In this document: piece after piece, positions 26,874 to 36,382 of the stretch
Layout: each line of letters begins with the position of its first letter
Numbering within the stretch: the stretch's first letter is position 1
IMG/VR virus record: IMGVR_UViG_3300028920_000023
Reading direction: 5' to 3' (one strand)
Length of the DNA stretch: 64,000 nt
Origin: a virus
Lineage: Duplodnaviria; Caudoviricetes
The notes under the pieces: model-generated
Database searches by the model: none
The model's input: the letters and a program-made list of their open reading frames with translations, nothing else
What the model was told of the DNA's origin: nothing
Position numbers and translations under genes: made by a program

Positions 26874-27125
26874 TCATTTTCTCACATATTTGCCGTGAAA
26901 ATTAAGATAATGGTACTCTTTGCACTTGGGGCAGATATAGACATCAACCCTAGCTGTCTCCCTTAGATAGGCCCTACAATCAAGACATATTGGTAACCTT
27001 ACGGTCGGGCTTCGGAGAGAATTATTTGACTTTTGTGGGGAACCCTGCGGGGATTTCCCTGGTGCCAGACAGGGAGGATTGTCCTTCGGTAGGTAAGAAG
27101 CCCGAACCAACTTATGTTTTATCAT
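26874..27125 (-). CDS. small Zn-ribbon protein
   Basis: CLDC..CPKC. Confidence 0.55.
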   Translation of the reverse strand: MIKHKLVRASYLPKDNPPCLAPGKSPQGSPQKSNNSLRSPTVRLPICLDCRAYLRETARVDVYICPKCKEYHYLNFHGKYVRK

Positions 27126-27143
27126 TAAGCAAAAAACCCGTAA

Positions 27144-27623
27144 TTACTTCCTATAGTATTCCATTAGAATTCTACGAATGTCCGAAGGAAGATCTAGTTT
27201 CCTGACACCACGCATTTGCTCCTCAGTTAACTTTTTCTTCCTTACAAGCTCATTTAGATGCTTACGCAAATGAGCAAACTTAGCAGCACCATTCGGAGGT
27301 GATTTCTCGCCACACCACTCGCACCTATCACCTGTCTCTAGAGGGCTTTCGACGTCTTTCTTCACAGCATCAAAAACCCTCTTGAGATTAACGTCTGTAG
27401 GTTTATCCGGAACCTGGAAAGCAAAAACTCCGATTTCTTTGAGCCCAGGCAGATAACGGTCTAAACTCTGTGTAGAGAGAAGGCTAGCGAAGGCCTTTTC
27501 CTTTGTTTCCCCTTCCTTGACCCCCAGATATAGTGATGCGCCTCCAAAAGACACTTCCTTGCCATCGGGAGTTAAAGAAACGAACTCTCCTGCCATATTT
27601 GTGCAGAAAGCCCACCTTGCCAT
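27144..27623 (-). CDS. hypothetical protein with a C2H2-like finger
   Basis: CEWCGEKSPPNGAAKFAHLRKH; GGAGGT SD. Confidence 0.7.
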   Translation of the reverse strand: MARWAFCTNMAGEFVSLTPDGKEVSFGGASLYLGVKEGETKEKAFASLLSTQSLDRYLPGLKEIGVFAFQVPDKPTDVNLKRVFDAVKKDVESPLETGDRCEWCGEKSPPNGAAKFAHLRKHLNELVRKKKLTEEQMRGVRKLDLPSDIRRILMEYYRK

Positions 27624-27663
27624 ACGACCTCCGAATACAGAAACAGGACGGTTTAACCGTCCT

Positions 27664-27691
27664 GTTGTATCACATTGTGAATTGTTTGGAA
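27664..27691 (-). promoter_or_regulatory. candidate early promoter
   Basis: TTCCAA-N16-TACAAC with TCACAATGTGA directly upstream of the -10. Confidence 0.35.
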
Positions 27692-27692
27692 G

Positions 27693-28694
27693 TTAGAGAG
27701 ACTCAGATATCAGCCTGGAGATCTCATCCTCATCTGGCATAACCTGACGAGAAGAAGGAACAAAATTACGATAAGCCTTACCCGTACCAAACATCTCATA
27801 AAAAGCTTCCTTCTCCTCCAGAAACCTCTTATGGGACTTCACTGCGTTTCCAACCGATTCCTTCATATAAGGGTCAAACGAACTAGAATGTTTACGTCTG
27901 TTCATACCCTTTAGAGCCTGTAAAGTGGCTTCGTAAGAATTTTCCAGTATTTGGGTAGCAATATATAATTCCTTGATATGTGCAATACTAAGACCGTTAG
28001 TATCCTTAACCCACCTTTCTATCATTGTGCCATCTGCCTCAGGCAATTTCGATCTAATATAGATCCTTCGGGACTCTGCACAGGGCATACCGATTTCGAT
28101 AACTCGATCGAACCTACTCGGCCTAGACATAATATTGGATCTTATTTTCTCAGGATAATTCGTAGTTGCCAAGAAAACAACTTTATTAAGATCGAACATC
28201 CCATCTAGCATATTCAATATCTCAGATTCACAACTTCTTGCTAAAATGGAATCAACATCCTCCATAAGATAAATCAGAGGCATATTCGGATGTATCTTAC
28301 GTATTAAGGTATAACTTTCCTTAACAAGATGTACACCTGGCCAATCTAATACTACACCACTACGATTTTTGATAAGATCCTCAACAGCGAGTCTAATACA
28401 GCAAGACTTGCCACTTCCAGGAGGACCCATCATCATAATCCCGCGTCTATAGGGGACCTCGGCTCTTTTGAACCTATCTTCTAAAGCCCAAAAACTCTTG
28501 ATTTCATTGAGTACCTTATCTGAGGCAGTATCCGGAAAACGATACAAAGCTTCCGTCTTGATTTTCTTATCAACAAAATATGTTCCCTGCATATTTCTCT
28601 CAACATCATAATAACCAGGAGGAAGTTGTTTGACCACCTGGCCAGCAGGAAGAAACACACCATCATCCACTTCCGTCCACTGGATATACTTCAT
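27693..28694 (-). CDS. classical-clade AAA+ ATPase (BCS1/FtsH-like module, no protease domain)
   Basis: YRRGIMMMGPPGSGKS, YLMEDVD, LNMLDG, FLATTNYPE, RPSRFDR. Confidence 0.88.
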   Translation of the reverse strand: MKYIQWTEVDDGVFLPAGQVVKQLPPGYYDVERNMQGTYFVDKKIKTEALYRFPDTASDKVLNEIKSFWALEDRFKRAEVPYRRGIMMMGPPGSGKSCCIRLAVEDLIKNRSGVVLDWPGVHLVKESYTLIRKIHPNMPLIYLMEDVDSILARSCESEILNMLDGMFDLNKVVFLATTNYPEKIRSNIMSRPSRFDRVIEIGMPCAESRRIYIRSKLPEADGTMIERWVKDTNGLSIAHIKELYIATQILENSYEATLQALKGMNRRKHSSSFDPYMKESVGNAVKSHKRFLEEKEAFYEMFGTGKAYRNFVPSSRQVMPDEDEISRLISESL

Positions 28695-28700
28695 CTGAAA

Positions 28701-28736
28701 TCTCCTTTGTGGTATCTTTGTCTATGTGCAGGGAGA
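28701..28736 (-). promoter_or_regulatory. CAAAGATA motif (28713-20) between anti-SD TCTCC and SD GGAGA
   Basis: 5-bp stem with a 26-nt loop (weak). Confidence 0.45.
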
Positions 28737-31700
28737 AACACATGGATCAAGAATACCAGAATCACCACAAACAGTACCATCAAGAAGGGTCACACTACGG
28801 GCCTCAACCTGGATATCAAAAGAAGCTTTAGGATTATCACAACACCCCGAAATAGAGTCCATATGATACTGTATCGTAGAAGAAACAATCTTATTATTAG
28901 GACACAAACAAATAAAATTCGTAGCGCCACCATAACCAGACGGAGACAAAGTCAAATCACCACAACCCAACTCCGTACCACCATCAGAAGGACTATCCCT
29001 AAGCAAAGGACAATCACCATTAACATCAGCACCAACCGTATCCGTACCAGGCTCAACATGCCGCATCAAAACCTGAACACACTTACTAGTCAGATTAATG
29101 AAATTATATTTAATAATCTTAGAACTCTTATTAGGACCGTCAGTACCATCAAGACACTGACGCCCAGTAGTTGGACTAACAGAAATCTGTTCCAACCTAG
29201 TCGTGTAATCAGTACCCTCAGGAGACACAGTCAAATCTGAAGAATCTATGAAGATATCATAAATCTCATCAGGATCAGAATCACAAGACTTCAAGAAATC
29301 CTCACCCTGACAACATTCAATTTCAAGAGAAATATCCCCAACAATATCACAACAAGGAAATTCACCCACAAACGGGAAAGAGAAATCCAAAAGATCCTCA
29401 CAACCAGCATCTAAAGAATAATACTCGGCACTAAGAACATCACCAGACACAACACAACGCCCGCCAGTAACAGAGAACTTCGCTCTAACCTGCATAGCCG
29501 TATTGCTATTATTCAAAACCCGAACGCTAGTCTGTGGAGCAGGATCAATAAACTTTCTCTCAAAAACAATATTAACATTCTCTTTAACAAGCACCTCGCG
29601 ACCACAATCAGTAGTACCCTCCGAAGTCCACTCATTAGGAGTCTGATACAACACAATATCCGGAATTTCTGTCTTAAAGATATCTGGGCCATCAAAACTG
29701 ACAGATAAACCCTTAGGACCAACAAGCTGAAAATAAGTAACAACCAACTCATGAAAACCAGGAGAAAGATCTACAGAACCAGACTTCTCAATTAAACCAT
29801 GCGTACCATCATTATCAACAACCAAAGCACCATCAACAAACAACTGACTACCATCATCAGATTCCGTATAGAAAGTATACGTACCAGACTTAGAAATATT
29901 AATATAGCAAGTCCACCTGAAAGCATAGAAATCAGAAGGAGCACCTATCTGATCAAAATTGTTAGACACACCAGAAGCATCAGGAACCAACGAATCAAAA
30001 TCAGGTAAAGTAAAGAAAAATCCCGTATACCTCTCCCAATTAACACCATTCACAGCAGTACTAGCCCGAACAGGAGGCGTCCGGCTAGCATCTATCACAG
30101 TATAAGGGAGCTGCCCCAAAGGAATATCACCAGACGTAGAATCAGCCTCAACACAACGTATCGTCGGAAGCGGAGCCTCATCATTATTCCAAACATCCAT
30201 AAAAATAAACGGCTGAACCTTACCAGGATTAGACAAATAACCATTAACACCACTAGAATCCAAAGAAAGCTCAGGCCATTCTACCTGCGTATCCCCAACT
30301 TCAGTCCAGCGCGTGCCACAAAGAACAAAAGAATCAACCTCATCAGTAATATTACAATCTAAATGGAAACAGAAATTATCAACATACCTATCCTCGCCAC
30401 ACAACAAATTAGTTTGGAAGAACCCAATCTTCTGTTCACAAACCTCATAAGTAACCTCATAACTACCATCCAAATAAACCCTAATCACCTTACGAGTATT
30501 AGTGATAATACCCTTACGAAATACAGCCAAACCATCCAAATAACCATCCGGATCTTCACCCCAAACCCCAGGAGACTTAATACTATACGAAATATCCAAA
30601 GTGCGATATAATCCAGAGATATCTAACTTGTAATTCCATATACCCTCATAGATAACACCATACTGGTCCTTGTAATAATAAGAGCCATTAGGCAAAATAC
30701 CAAATTCATCCGGAAACTCGCCCTCATCCAAAATACACAACATATTCGGTATCGTACCGTCGAGGACATAAGAACAAGATCCAAATCTCTCCTCCAAAAT
30801 AACCCTTGGAGTATACAATAGCTGGTCACAATTAAAATCATAATTTCCAGAAGGAAGAAGATACTCATTTGTAGGACAAGTATTGACATTCAAATAAGAT
30901 TCTAAATCAACCCTCTGAGTGACATCAGTAGTCTCGCACTCATACTTCAAACAATCACAATCTAGACGATACGGAACATAATAACGGTATTGAGCCTCAT
31001 CCTCAGTCACAAGAATCTGAGAACCCAAAGTATACAACAATTCAGTTCCGGATGTAACACTCGTAACATCCGAGGCAGGAAGACCTAGAAGCTCATACAG
31101 GCTGTCTGTCTGATCATCACGAACATAATCATATTCAGTAAGATCCACAATATATCTGCCATACTGTGCAGGATAACCAGACCTATAATCCTGACTACAA
31201 TCCTCATTAGCAGATCTGAAAATAGGACCATATGGCAAAGAAGAACCAAAAGTTAAAACCTCTTCCTGCGTAATAACAATTCTAGAATCTTCCTCTATCG
31301 CCGGATGGCCCTCCTCAGACACCATCCAAATCTTATGCGTAACCAAGAAATCCCTATCATCATGACCACCTAAACTAGAAATGTCAGAAAGAAGACCATT
31401 ACCATAATAAACCAGATCCTCATCATCAAAAACAAGATATTCATCACCAGCGGAATTCACCCCTAGCCTAGCATTAAGATCATTATCTGAATAATCCCAA
31501 GGTCTAGCCCTATACTCTCCACTCGTATAATCTTCAAGTAAATTACTCATAGAAGGAAGGCGATGTGATGGGAAATTAAGATTATCCTTCTCAATACACA
31601 AAGAAGGCCTCTCATAAGCCAACATCCTATCACTACGGCTCATAAAAGACTCAAAATTAGGTCTATTGCTAAAATGTAAACTCTTAGGCTCTGGGTGATT

Positions 31701-34007
31701 ATACCAGAAAATCCTACGTCCAAGATAGCTAGTCTTGTTCTGACCCTTGTAAGACCCAAAACCATTCCGCAAATTGCTAATAGCATCGGCAGGGTGGGTC
31801 CAGTACGTGCCGATACCCATCCCAAGAACACAAGGCTTACATTTAACACATTCTTCTAAGACCACATCTGGAGTTACATCTAATTCTTGTTCTACTCTGC
31901 CCTTGAAGCAATTCTCAGCAGTCTCAGTAGTTGTCGAGCAATATTTGGGTCTAAGATCCGGATTATGGTCAAAGTCCGCATCCGGTTGAAACCTTACCCT
32001 CTCCTGACCATAAGAGGTAAATTGGCATTCTGATCCTATTGGTTTATTAACCGGTACGTTTAGATATTTCTCTGTCTCAGAGGAACTCTTGTGAGTGCCA
32101 TCCAGCTGCTTCCAATCACCGAACTCACGCAATAAACCATTATAGATAGCATCTCTAAGGAAAATATCTTCGTCTTTGAGATTAGAATCGGATAAATCTG
32201 GGGAACATACATCTCCTTTGCTTTCATCAACAGGAGGAGGAACTTGAACACCAGGATTCGTTATACAATAATCAATTACGTTATAAACTTCATAATTATT
32301 AAGATCATAAACAATCTTCCTTAACAAAGAATGGAACGCCTTCAATTTGAAAATAAACTGCATAAGAAATTCTAATAATTCAGAAGGTATCTCTTGACCA
32401 GTCTTTAATAATATCCTAACATCAAAACGATTAGAACGAAGATTCTCCAAACTATCCGGAATAATCAACTTCTCACGAGGATAAGTTGCAAATACGTATA
32501 AAGAAGCCTGAGAGAAATCAAAATACCTATCAAAAACAATAGAGACAGTATTCCTAATATTATTATACGAGATTCCGTTCTGATTTATCAATATAGGAGA
32601 ATCAGAATTAACTACACTGGTCGGAACCCCTGTCTCGTTATCTAAAGTTATCTCAGTAGTGCTAATGAGTGTAGAATCACCAGTCGGAAGACTGTCATAT
32701 AATTTAGAAGCAGAAATAGCCCCACCTGGCAAAATACATTGCTCTTGTAAAGCATCTGGGTCCGCAGTTATTTGCTCCACAAGGCCATCTAGAGCATCTT
32801 TCGTAGGTCCTGCTTCTACGAAGAAAGCTGTTATTGTTATGTCTGATGTTGGGGTATAAACTAGCGGTATCTCAAGCTGTCCAAAACCAGGCTCTGAATA
32901 GTCGGAGACCATCGGTTCGTTTTGGCAGACGGTCTGTACTTCTATTTGCTCATCGAGTATTGTATCTGGCAGTTTCTCGTTTGGAGCTACGAGCATAGTG
33001 CCATCTGTCGAGTACCACAAATTTACTAATTCGATGGCGAACCCGAATATATCGAACAATTCTACTAATACTCTTTTAGAGCCTTTTAATTTCTGTAGAT
33101 AGACAGCTTGTCTTAGGATGGATCTTCTTACATTATCGGTTACACCTGGGAAGTTTGGTAAGTCCCATCCGATCAAGAACGCTAGATATGGTATTAGCTG
33201 GGCTGGTATTTTGTTTATGTGGTTTATGCCGTTGATGAAGGTTTGTTCATCGAAGGCATCTTGCAGGATGTCTGCGAATGGTCTGTAGAATTCCAGTACT
33301 CTGTCGTCTGCTCGTCTTTCTGATTCCTGCTCGAAGTATAGCGGTGGTGTTTTTCTGAACATCTCATGGTGCACTTCGCCGGGGTGCGCTATGAGGAATT
33401 TGCTTTGGGTGGTCTTTATTTCAGATTCGTCGATGCATCCTGGGCCTTGGGCGGATGCTACTTGCGGGTTGAATATTACTCGGCTGTAGTATTTGGCTTC
33501 CCATACGAAGTAATATCTTTCTGGCCTGGGTAGGTCTTCGACGTCTATTATAAACAGGGACATGTCGTGATAATCAGCGTCTGGGTAGTAGGGCAGTTCG
33601 CTGGTTATGTTCCCGCGTATTGTGGTGTATTCGAAGGTATCTCCTTCTTGGACGTCTTCGTAGGTTCTTAGTTCTCCGGTTGGGCTTTTGAATATTCTTC
33701 CTTCTGGGTCTATTTTGACGTCTTGTAGTTGCAGGGTATTGACTGGTATTGTGTATATGTCTGTTGTTGGTACGAGTAATCCGGTGTTGAAGGGTCCTGC
33801 TACTTTGGCTTGTTCTGGGGCGTCTGCTATGAAGAATTTTACGTCAAATACTTCGGTTTTGCCTAAGGTGGTTCCGTTTGCGTTCCTTCTTCTGGGAACG
33901 ATTAGGATCATGGGCAGATAGACCGGTTTAAACCCGGTTCTATTGTTGTTTATGGGAAATCTGTAGAAGCTAGGGTTATTTCTATCTGGAGGTGTCGCTG
34001 CTGGCAT
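28722..34007 (-). CDS. large baseplate-wedge-like protein (P2 gpI/tail-I-like region) with a C-terminal PA14 domain and Cys-rich tail
   Basis: LIPYLAFLIGWDL..RRSILRQAVYLQKLKGSKRVLVELFDIFGF; PA14 motif FAFRW..SGTYTFYTESDDGSQLFVDGALVVDNDGTHG..GFHELVVTYFQ. Confidence 0.8.
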   Translation of the reverse strand: MPAATPPDRNNPSFYRFPINNNRTGFKPVYLPMILIVPRRRNANGTTLGKTEVFDVKFFIADAPEQAKVAGPFNTGLLVPTTDIYTIPVNTLQLQDVKIDPEGRIFKSPTGELRTYEDVQEGDTFEYTTIRGNITSELPYYPDADYHDMSLFIIDVEDLPRPERYYFVWEAKYYSRVIFNPQVASAQGPGCIDESEIKTTQSKFLIAHPGEVHHEMFRKTPPLYFEQESERRADDRVLEFYRPFADILQDAFDEQTFINGINHINKIPAQLIPYLAFLIGWDLPNFPGVTDNVRRSILRQAVYLQKLKGSKRVLVELFDIFGFAIELVNLWYSTDGTMLVAPNEKLPDTILDEQIEVQTVCQNEPMVSDYSEPGFGQLEIPLVYTPTSDITITAFFVEAGPTKDALDGLVEQITADPDALQEQCILPGGAISASKLYDSLPTGDSTLISTTEITLDNETGVPTSVVNSDSPILINQNGISYNNIRNTVSIVFDRYFDFSQASLYVFATYPREKLIIPDSLENLRSNRFDVRILLKTGQEIPSELLEFLMQFIFKLKAFHSLLRKIVYDLNNYEVYNVIDYCITNPGVQVPPPVDESKGDVCSPDLSDSNLKDEDIFLRDAIYNGLLREFGDWKQLDGTHKSSSETEKYLNVPVNKPIGSECQFTSYGQERVRFQPDADFDHNPDLRPKYCSTTTETAENCFKGRVEQELDVTPDVVLEECVKCKPCVLGMGIGTYWTHPADAISNLRNGFGSYKGQNKTSYLGRRIFWYNHPEPKSLHFSNRPNFESFMSRSDRMLAYERPSLCIEKDNLNFPSHRLPSMSNLLEDYTSGEYRARPWDYSDNDLNARLGVNSAGDEYLVFDDEDLVYYGNGLLSDISSLGGHDDRDFLVTHKIWMVSEEGHPAIEEDSRIVITQEEVLTFGSSLPYGPIFRSANEDCSQDYRSGYPAQYGRYIVDLTEYDYVRDDQTDSLYELLGLPASDVTSVTSGTELLYTLGSQILVTEDEAQYRYYVPYRLDCDCLKYECETTDVTQRVDLESYLNVNTCPTNEYLLPSGNYDFNCDQLLYTPRVILEERFGSCSYVLDGTIPNMLCILDEGEFPDEFGILPNGSYYYKDQYGVIYEGIWNYKLDISGLYRTLDISYSIKSPGVWGEDPDGYLDGLAVFRKGIITNTRKVIRVYLDGSYEVTYEVCEQKIGFFQTNLLCGEDRYVDNFCFHLDCNITDEVDSFVLCGTRWTEVGDTQVEWPELSLDSSGVNGYLSNPGKVQPFIFMDVWNNDEAPLPTIRCVEADSTSGDIPLGQLPYTVIDASRTPPVRASTAVNGVNWERYTGFFFTLPDFDSLVPDASGVSNNFDQIGAPSDFYAFRWTCYINISKSGTYTFYTESDDGSQLFVDGALVVDNDGTHGLIEKSGSVDLSPGFHELVVTYFQLVGPKGLSVSFDGPDIFKTEIPDIVLYQTPNEWTSEGTTDCGREVLVKENVNIVFERKFIDPAPQTSVRVLNNSNTAMQVRAKFSVTGGRCVVSGDVLSAEYYSLDAGCEDLLDFSFPFVGEFPCCDIVGDISLEIECCQGEDFLKSCDSDPDEIYDIFIDSSDLTVSPEGTDYTTRLEQISVSPTTGRQCLDGTDGPNKSSKIIKYNFINLTSKCVQVLMRHVEPGTDTVGADVNGDCPLLRDSPSDGGTELGCGDLTLSPSGYGGATNFICLCPNNKIVSSTIQYHMDSISGCCDNPKASFDIQVEARSVTLLDGTVCGDSGILDPCVSPCT

Positions 34008-34012
34008 ATAAG

Positions 34013-34048
34013 TCCCCTTACTTCTTATTTTTGGTTAGTTTTTGGGGA
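34013..34048 (-). promoter_or_regulatory. CAAAAATA (34026-33) inside an anti-SD/SD stem
   Basis: UCCCC/GGGGA 5-bp stem, 26-nt loop. Confidence 0.5.
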
Positions 34049-34363
34049 TGGGAGCACGTCTACGATATCTCCATCAATATGCACTTTAACCATTTTCTTT
34101 AATACTACGATTTCGTAATGTTTGTTTTTAGAGGCTGCTATTATCACACCTTGTGCTTTGAAATTCATTGGATTTATGAACCTGTGCATTAAATCTGCTA
34201 TGGGGTTCTCCAGACAGGTACATTCTGTACCGTCCCATTGTATTGCTCTGCCGTCTTTGCTGATTTCTAGGTTTATTTGGTGTTTTTGGATATGGTCTTG
34301 TATTGCTTTGGCTTGGCTAAATGTTAGTTCTTTGCCTAGTTCTATTCTACCGTTATAACGCAT
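34025..34363 (-). CDS. hypothetical protein of a widespread viral family
   Basis: YNGRIELGKELT..ISKDGRAIQWDG.E..LMHRFINP..KAQGVI. Confidence 0.65.
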   Translation of the reverse strand: MRYNGRIELGKELTFSQAKAIQDHIQKHQINLEISKDGRAIQWDGTECTCLENPIADLMHRFINPMNFKAQGVIIAASKNKHYEIVVLKKMVKVHIDGDIVDVLPSPKTNQK

Positions 34364-34407
34364 ATTTTACTCCGTTTTTTATATGTACATATTATTGGAG
34401 GTACGAG

Positions 34408-34899
34408 ATGAGCAAAGAATATTCTTTTAAGAGAATGAGATGCACAATATGTGGAGAGGAAATAAGCAAAGCCGGAGCTGCTTATACATCGCACATGAGA
34501 ATGCACGTCAGAAGAGACGAAGTAATAGAACTCAAAAGAGGCAAAAAATGCGTCTTCATAAGCAAAGACGCCCTGGTGAGCCTACTCGATAAAGAACCCT
34601 ACGCCCTTCTGGGGGAAGAACCATTACCCCGACAACCAAAGGACGTTTGGGACATTACCTCCGCTTTAAAAGAACTAAAAGCAGTAAATCCAAATGAATA
34701 TTATATAACCAGTGGGGAAGCAGTCAAAAAAGCAGAAAAATTAGTCAAGGATGCTTATTCTTTAGCTGTTAAGAGCAAAGCATTCCTTAAGAAATTACAA
34801 AACGCAAGAGGAAAAAAGAAGTTTCTTGAGACATCTAGAGAAGAAAACAGATTACTAGTCAAAAGCAAGAACCCTCGAAGCATAAAGAAAGCACGATAA
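34408..34899 (+). CDS. C2H2-like finger protein
   Basis: ATG at 34408 with GGAGGT SD; CTICGEEISKAGAAYTSHMRMH. Confidence 0.7.
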   Translation: MSKEYSFKRMRCTICGEEISKAGAAYTSHMRMHVRRDEVIELKRGKKCVFISKDALVSLLDKEPYALLGEEPLPRQPKDVWDITSALKELKAVNPNEYYITSGEAVKKAEKLVKDAYSLAVKSKAFLKKLQNARGKKKFLETSREENRLLVKSKNPRSIKKAR

Positions 34900-35120
34900 T
34901 GGCAGACTACACAATCACATTGAACTTAGAGAGCGCCAAGCTATTATACGACGGCTTAGATAATCTGCCTGCAGATAAGAAGAGAACCATATTATATAAC
35001 AATCTTAGGAAAAATCTCAAGGTTATAATAACATTACGAGAACGACAAATCAAGAATGAACAAATCATACAAGATGAACGCAGAAAATTGAAAAGCCAGA
35101 AAGGCTCTAGGAAGAAATGA
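34899..35120 (+). CDS. small hypothetical protein
   Basis: Coupled TAATG junction. Confidence 0.6.
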   Translation: MADYTITLNLESAKLLYDGLDNLPADKKRTILYNNLRKNLKVIITLRERQIKNEQIIQDERRKLKSQKGSRKK

Positions 35121-35671
35121 AGATATTTGGTATAGGCGCAAATAGGACAGGAACAGGGAGTTTAGCAGAAGCATTAAGAAAGTTAGGATACAATATATCT
35201 CATTGGGATCATCATGAACAAATATGCCAGAACTTAGTCAAAAACAAACTCAAGCATGAATTTCTAAATACTTACGACGGTGCTGCTGATCTACCGATAC
35301 CGTCTATCTACAGAGAATTAGATAGGGCGTACCCCGGCAGCAAATTCATCTTGACCATAAGAGATGAAAAAGACTGGATAAGAAGCCAAGAATTACATCA
35401 TAAAAGAATTGGTGTCGATAAACCTTATTTCGAGTGTTTTTTGTTGTATGGGTCTTTCTTTTTTGACAGAAAGAAATATCTAGAGGCTTATAGACGTCAC
35501 AACATAGAAGTAGTAAATTACTTCTATGGACGTAAGGATCTCCTAGTCGTAAATATCACAATAGAAGATGCATGGGATAAAATATGTTCCTTTCTTGGTA
35601 AGTCAAAGCCAGAACTACCATTCCCACAAATTAACAGAAGACCAGAAAAATCCCCAAAGAAAATCATATAG
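35117..35671 (+). CDS. sulfotransferase-family P-loop protein
   Basis: KIFGIGANRTGTGSLAEALRKLGY, DGAADLP, ELDRAYPGSKFILTIRD..WIRS, DAWDKICSFLG. Confidence 0.85.
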   Translation: MKIFGIGANRTGTGSLAEALRKLGYNISHWDHHEQICQNLVKNKLKHEFLNTYDGAADLPIPSIYRELDRAYPGSKFILTIRDEKDWIRSQELHHKRIGVDKPYFECFLLYGSFFFDRKKYLEAYRRHNIEVVNYFYGRKDLLVVNITIEDAWDKICSFLGKSKPELPFPQINRRPEKSPKKII

Positions 35672-35681
35672 TGAATTGCAC

Positions 35682-35732
35682 AGAAAAATCGCAGATTTTT
35701 CTACTTCGGTAATAGACGAATTCTACGAAGTA
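35682..35732. terminator. two hairpins between convergent genes, possible bidirectional terminator
   Basis: AGAAAAATC/GATTTTTCT (35682-35702) and TACTTCG/CGAAGTA. Confidence 0.35.
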
Positions 35733-35742
35733 CTAAAAAGAA

Positions 35743-36372
35743 CTAAGAAATCCCCTGAAAAATCCTAAAAACATTCTCAGCAACCACACCAGGATCATCA
35801 TTAGCATCCACAGAATGTAGACTCTCTAAGAATCTAGACATATTAGAAAAACAACCGCTAGTATCCCCAGAAGCGAGCCTATTATACAAATCCAAAACAT
35901 TCCTCTGATACTCTACATCATTCTCTTCAAAATAATCACGAACATTATTAGAACCTCTTCTCTTTAAGGCCGTAATCAAATCAGTACACAAAACGACAAG
36001 ATGAAACTTGGAATTAGACAAATTCTGCATATTCCATAACGTCTCACGATCACAACCACCACAAACACCATAAATCAATCCAGAAACAATATTACACCTA
36101 TCACTAATACTCCAAACACCCTCCGAGATATTAACATTCAACTCAGAATGAACAAACTCATTATAATCAGCAGCCATCAGAATCTGTCTAGTAAAACCAT
36201 TCGCTTTTATGCTAGGGTCCTTAACTATCTCTCTAACTTTCATGCCCAACGAAGTCGCACCTGGATGAATATAATATCTAGCCGGTATCCCCTGCTTTTT
36301 AAGCAACGACATAAGATTAGAACAGACTGTAGTCTTACCGGAACCATCCGGGCCTTCGATAACTAGATGCAT
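35743..36372 (-). CDS. tmk: thymidylate (dNMP) kinase
   Basis: LVIEGPDGSGKTT P-loop, HPGAT.LG..VRE, ISDR..SGLIYG, YFEENDVEYQRNV. Confidence 0.85.
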   Translation of the reverse strand: MHLVIEGPDGSGKTTVCSNLMSLLKKQGIPARYYIHPGATSLGMKVREIVKDPSIKANGFTRQILMAADYNEFVHSELNVNISEGVWSISDRCNIVSGLIYGVCGGCDRETLWNMQNLSNSKFHLVVLCTDLITALKRRGSNNVRDYFEENDVEYQRNVLDLYNRLASGDTSGCFSNMSRFLESLHSVDANDDPGVVAENVFRIFQGIS

Positions 36373-36382
36373 AATAACCTCC

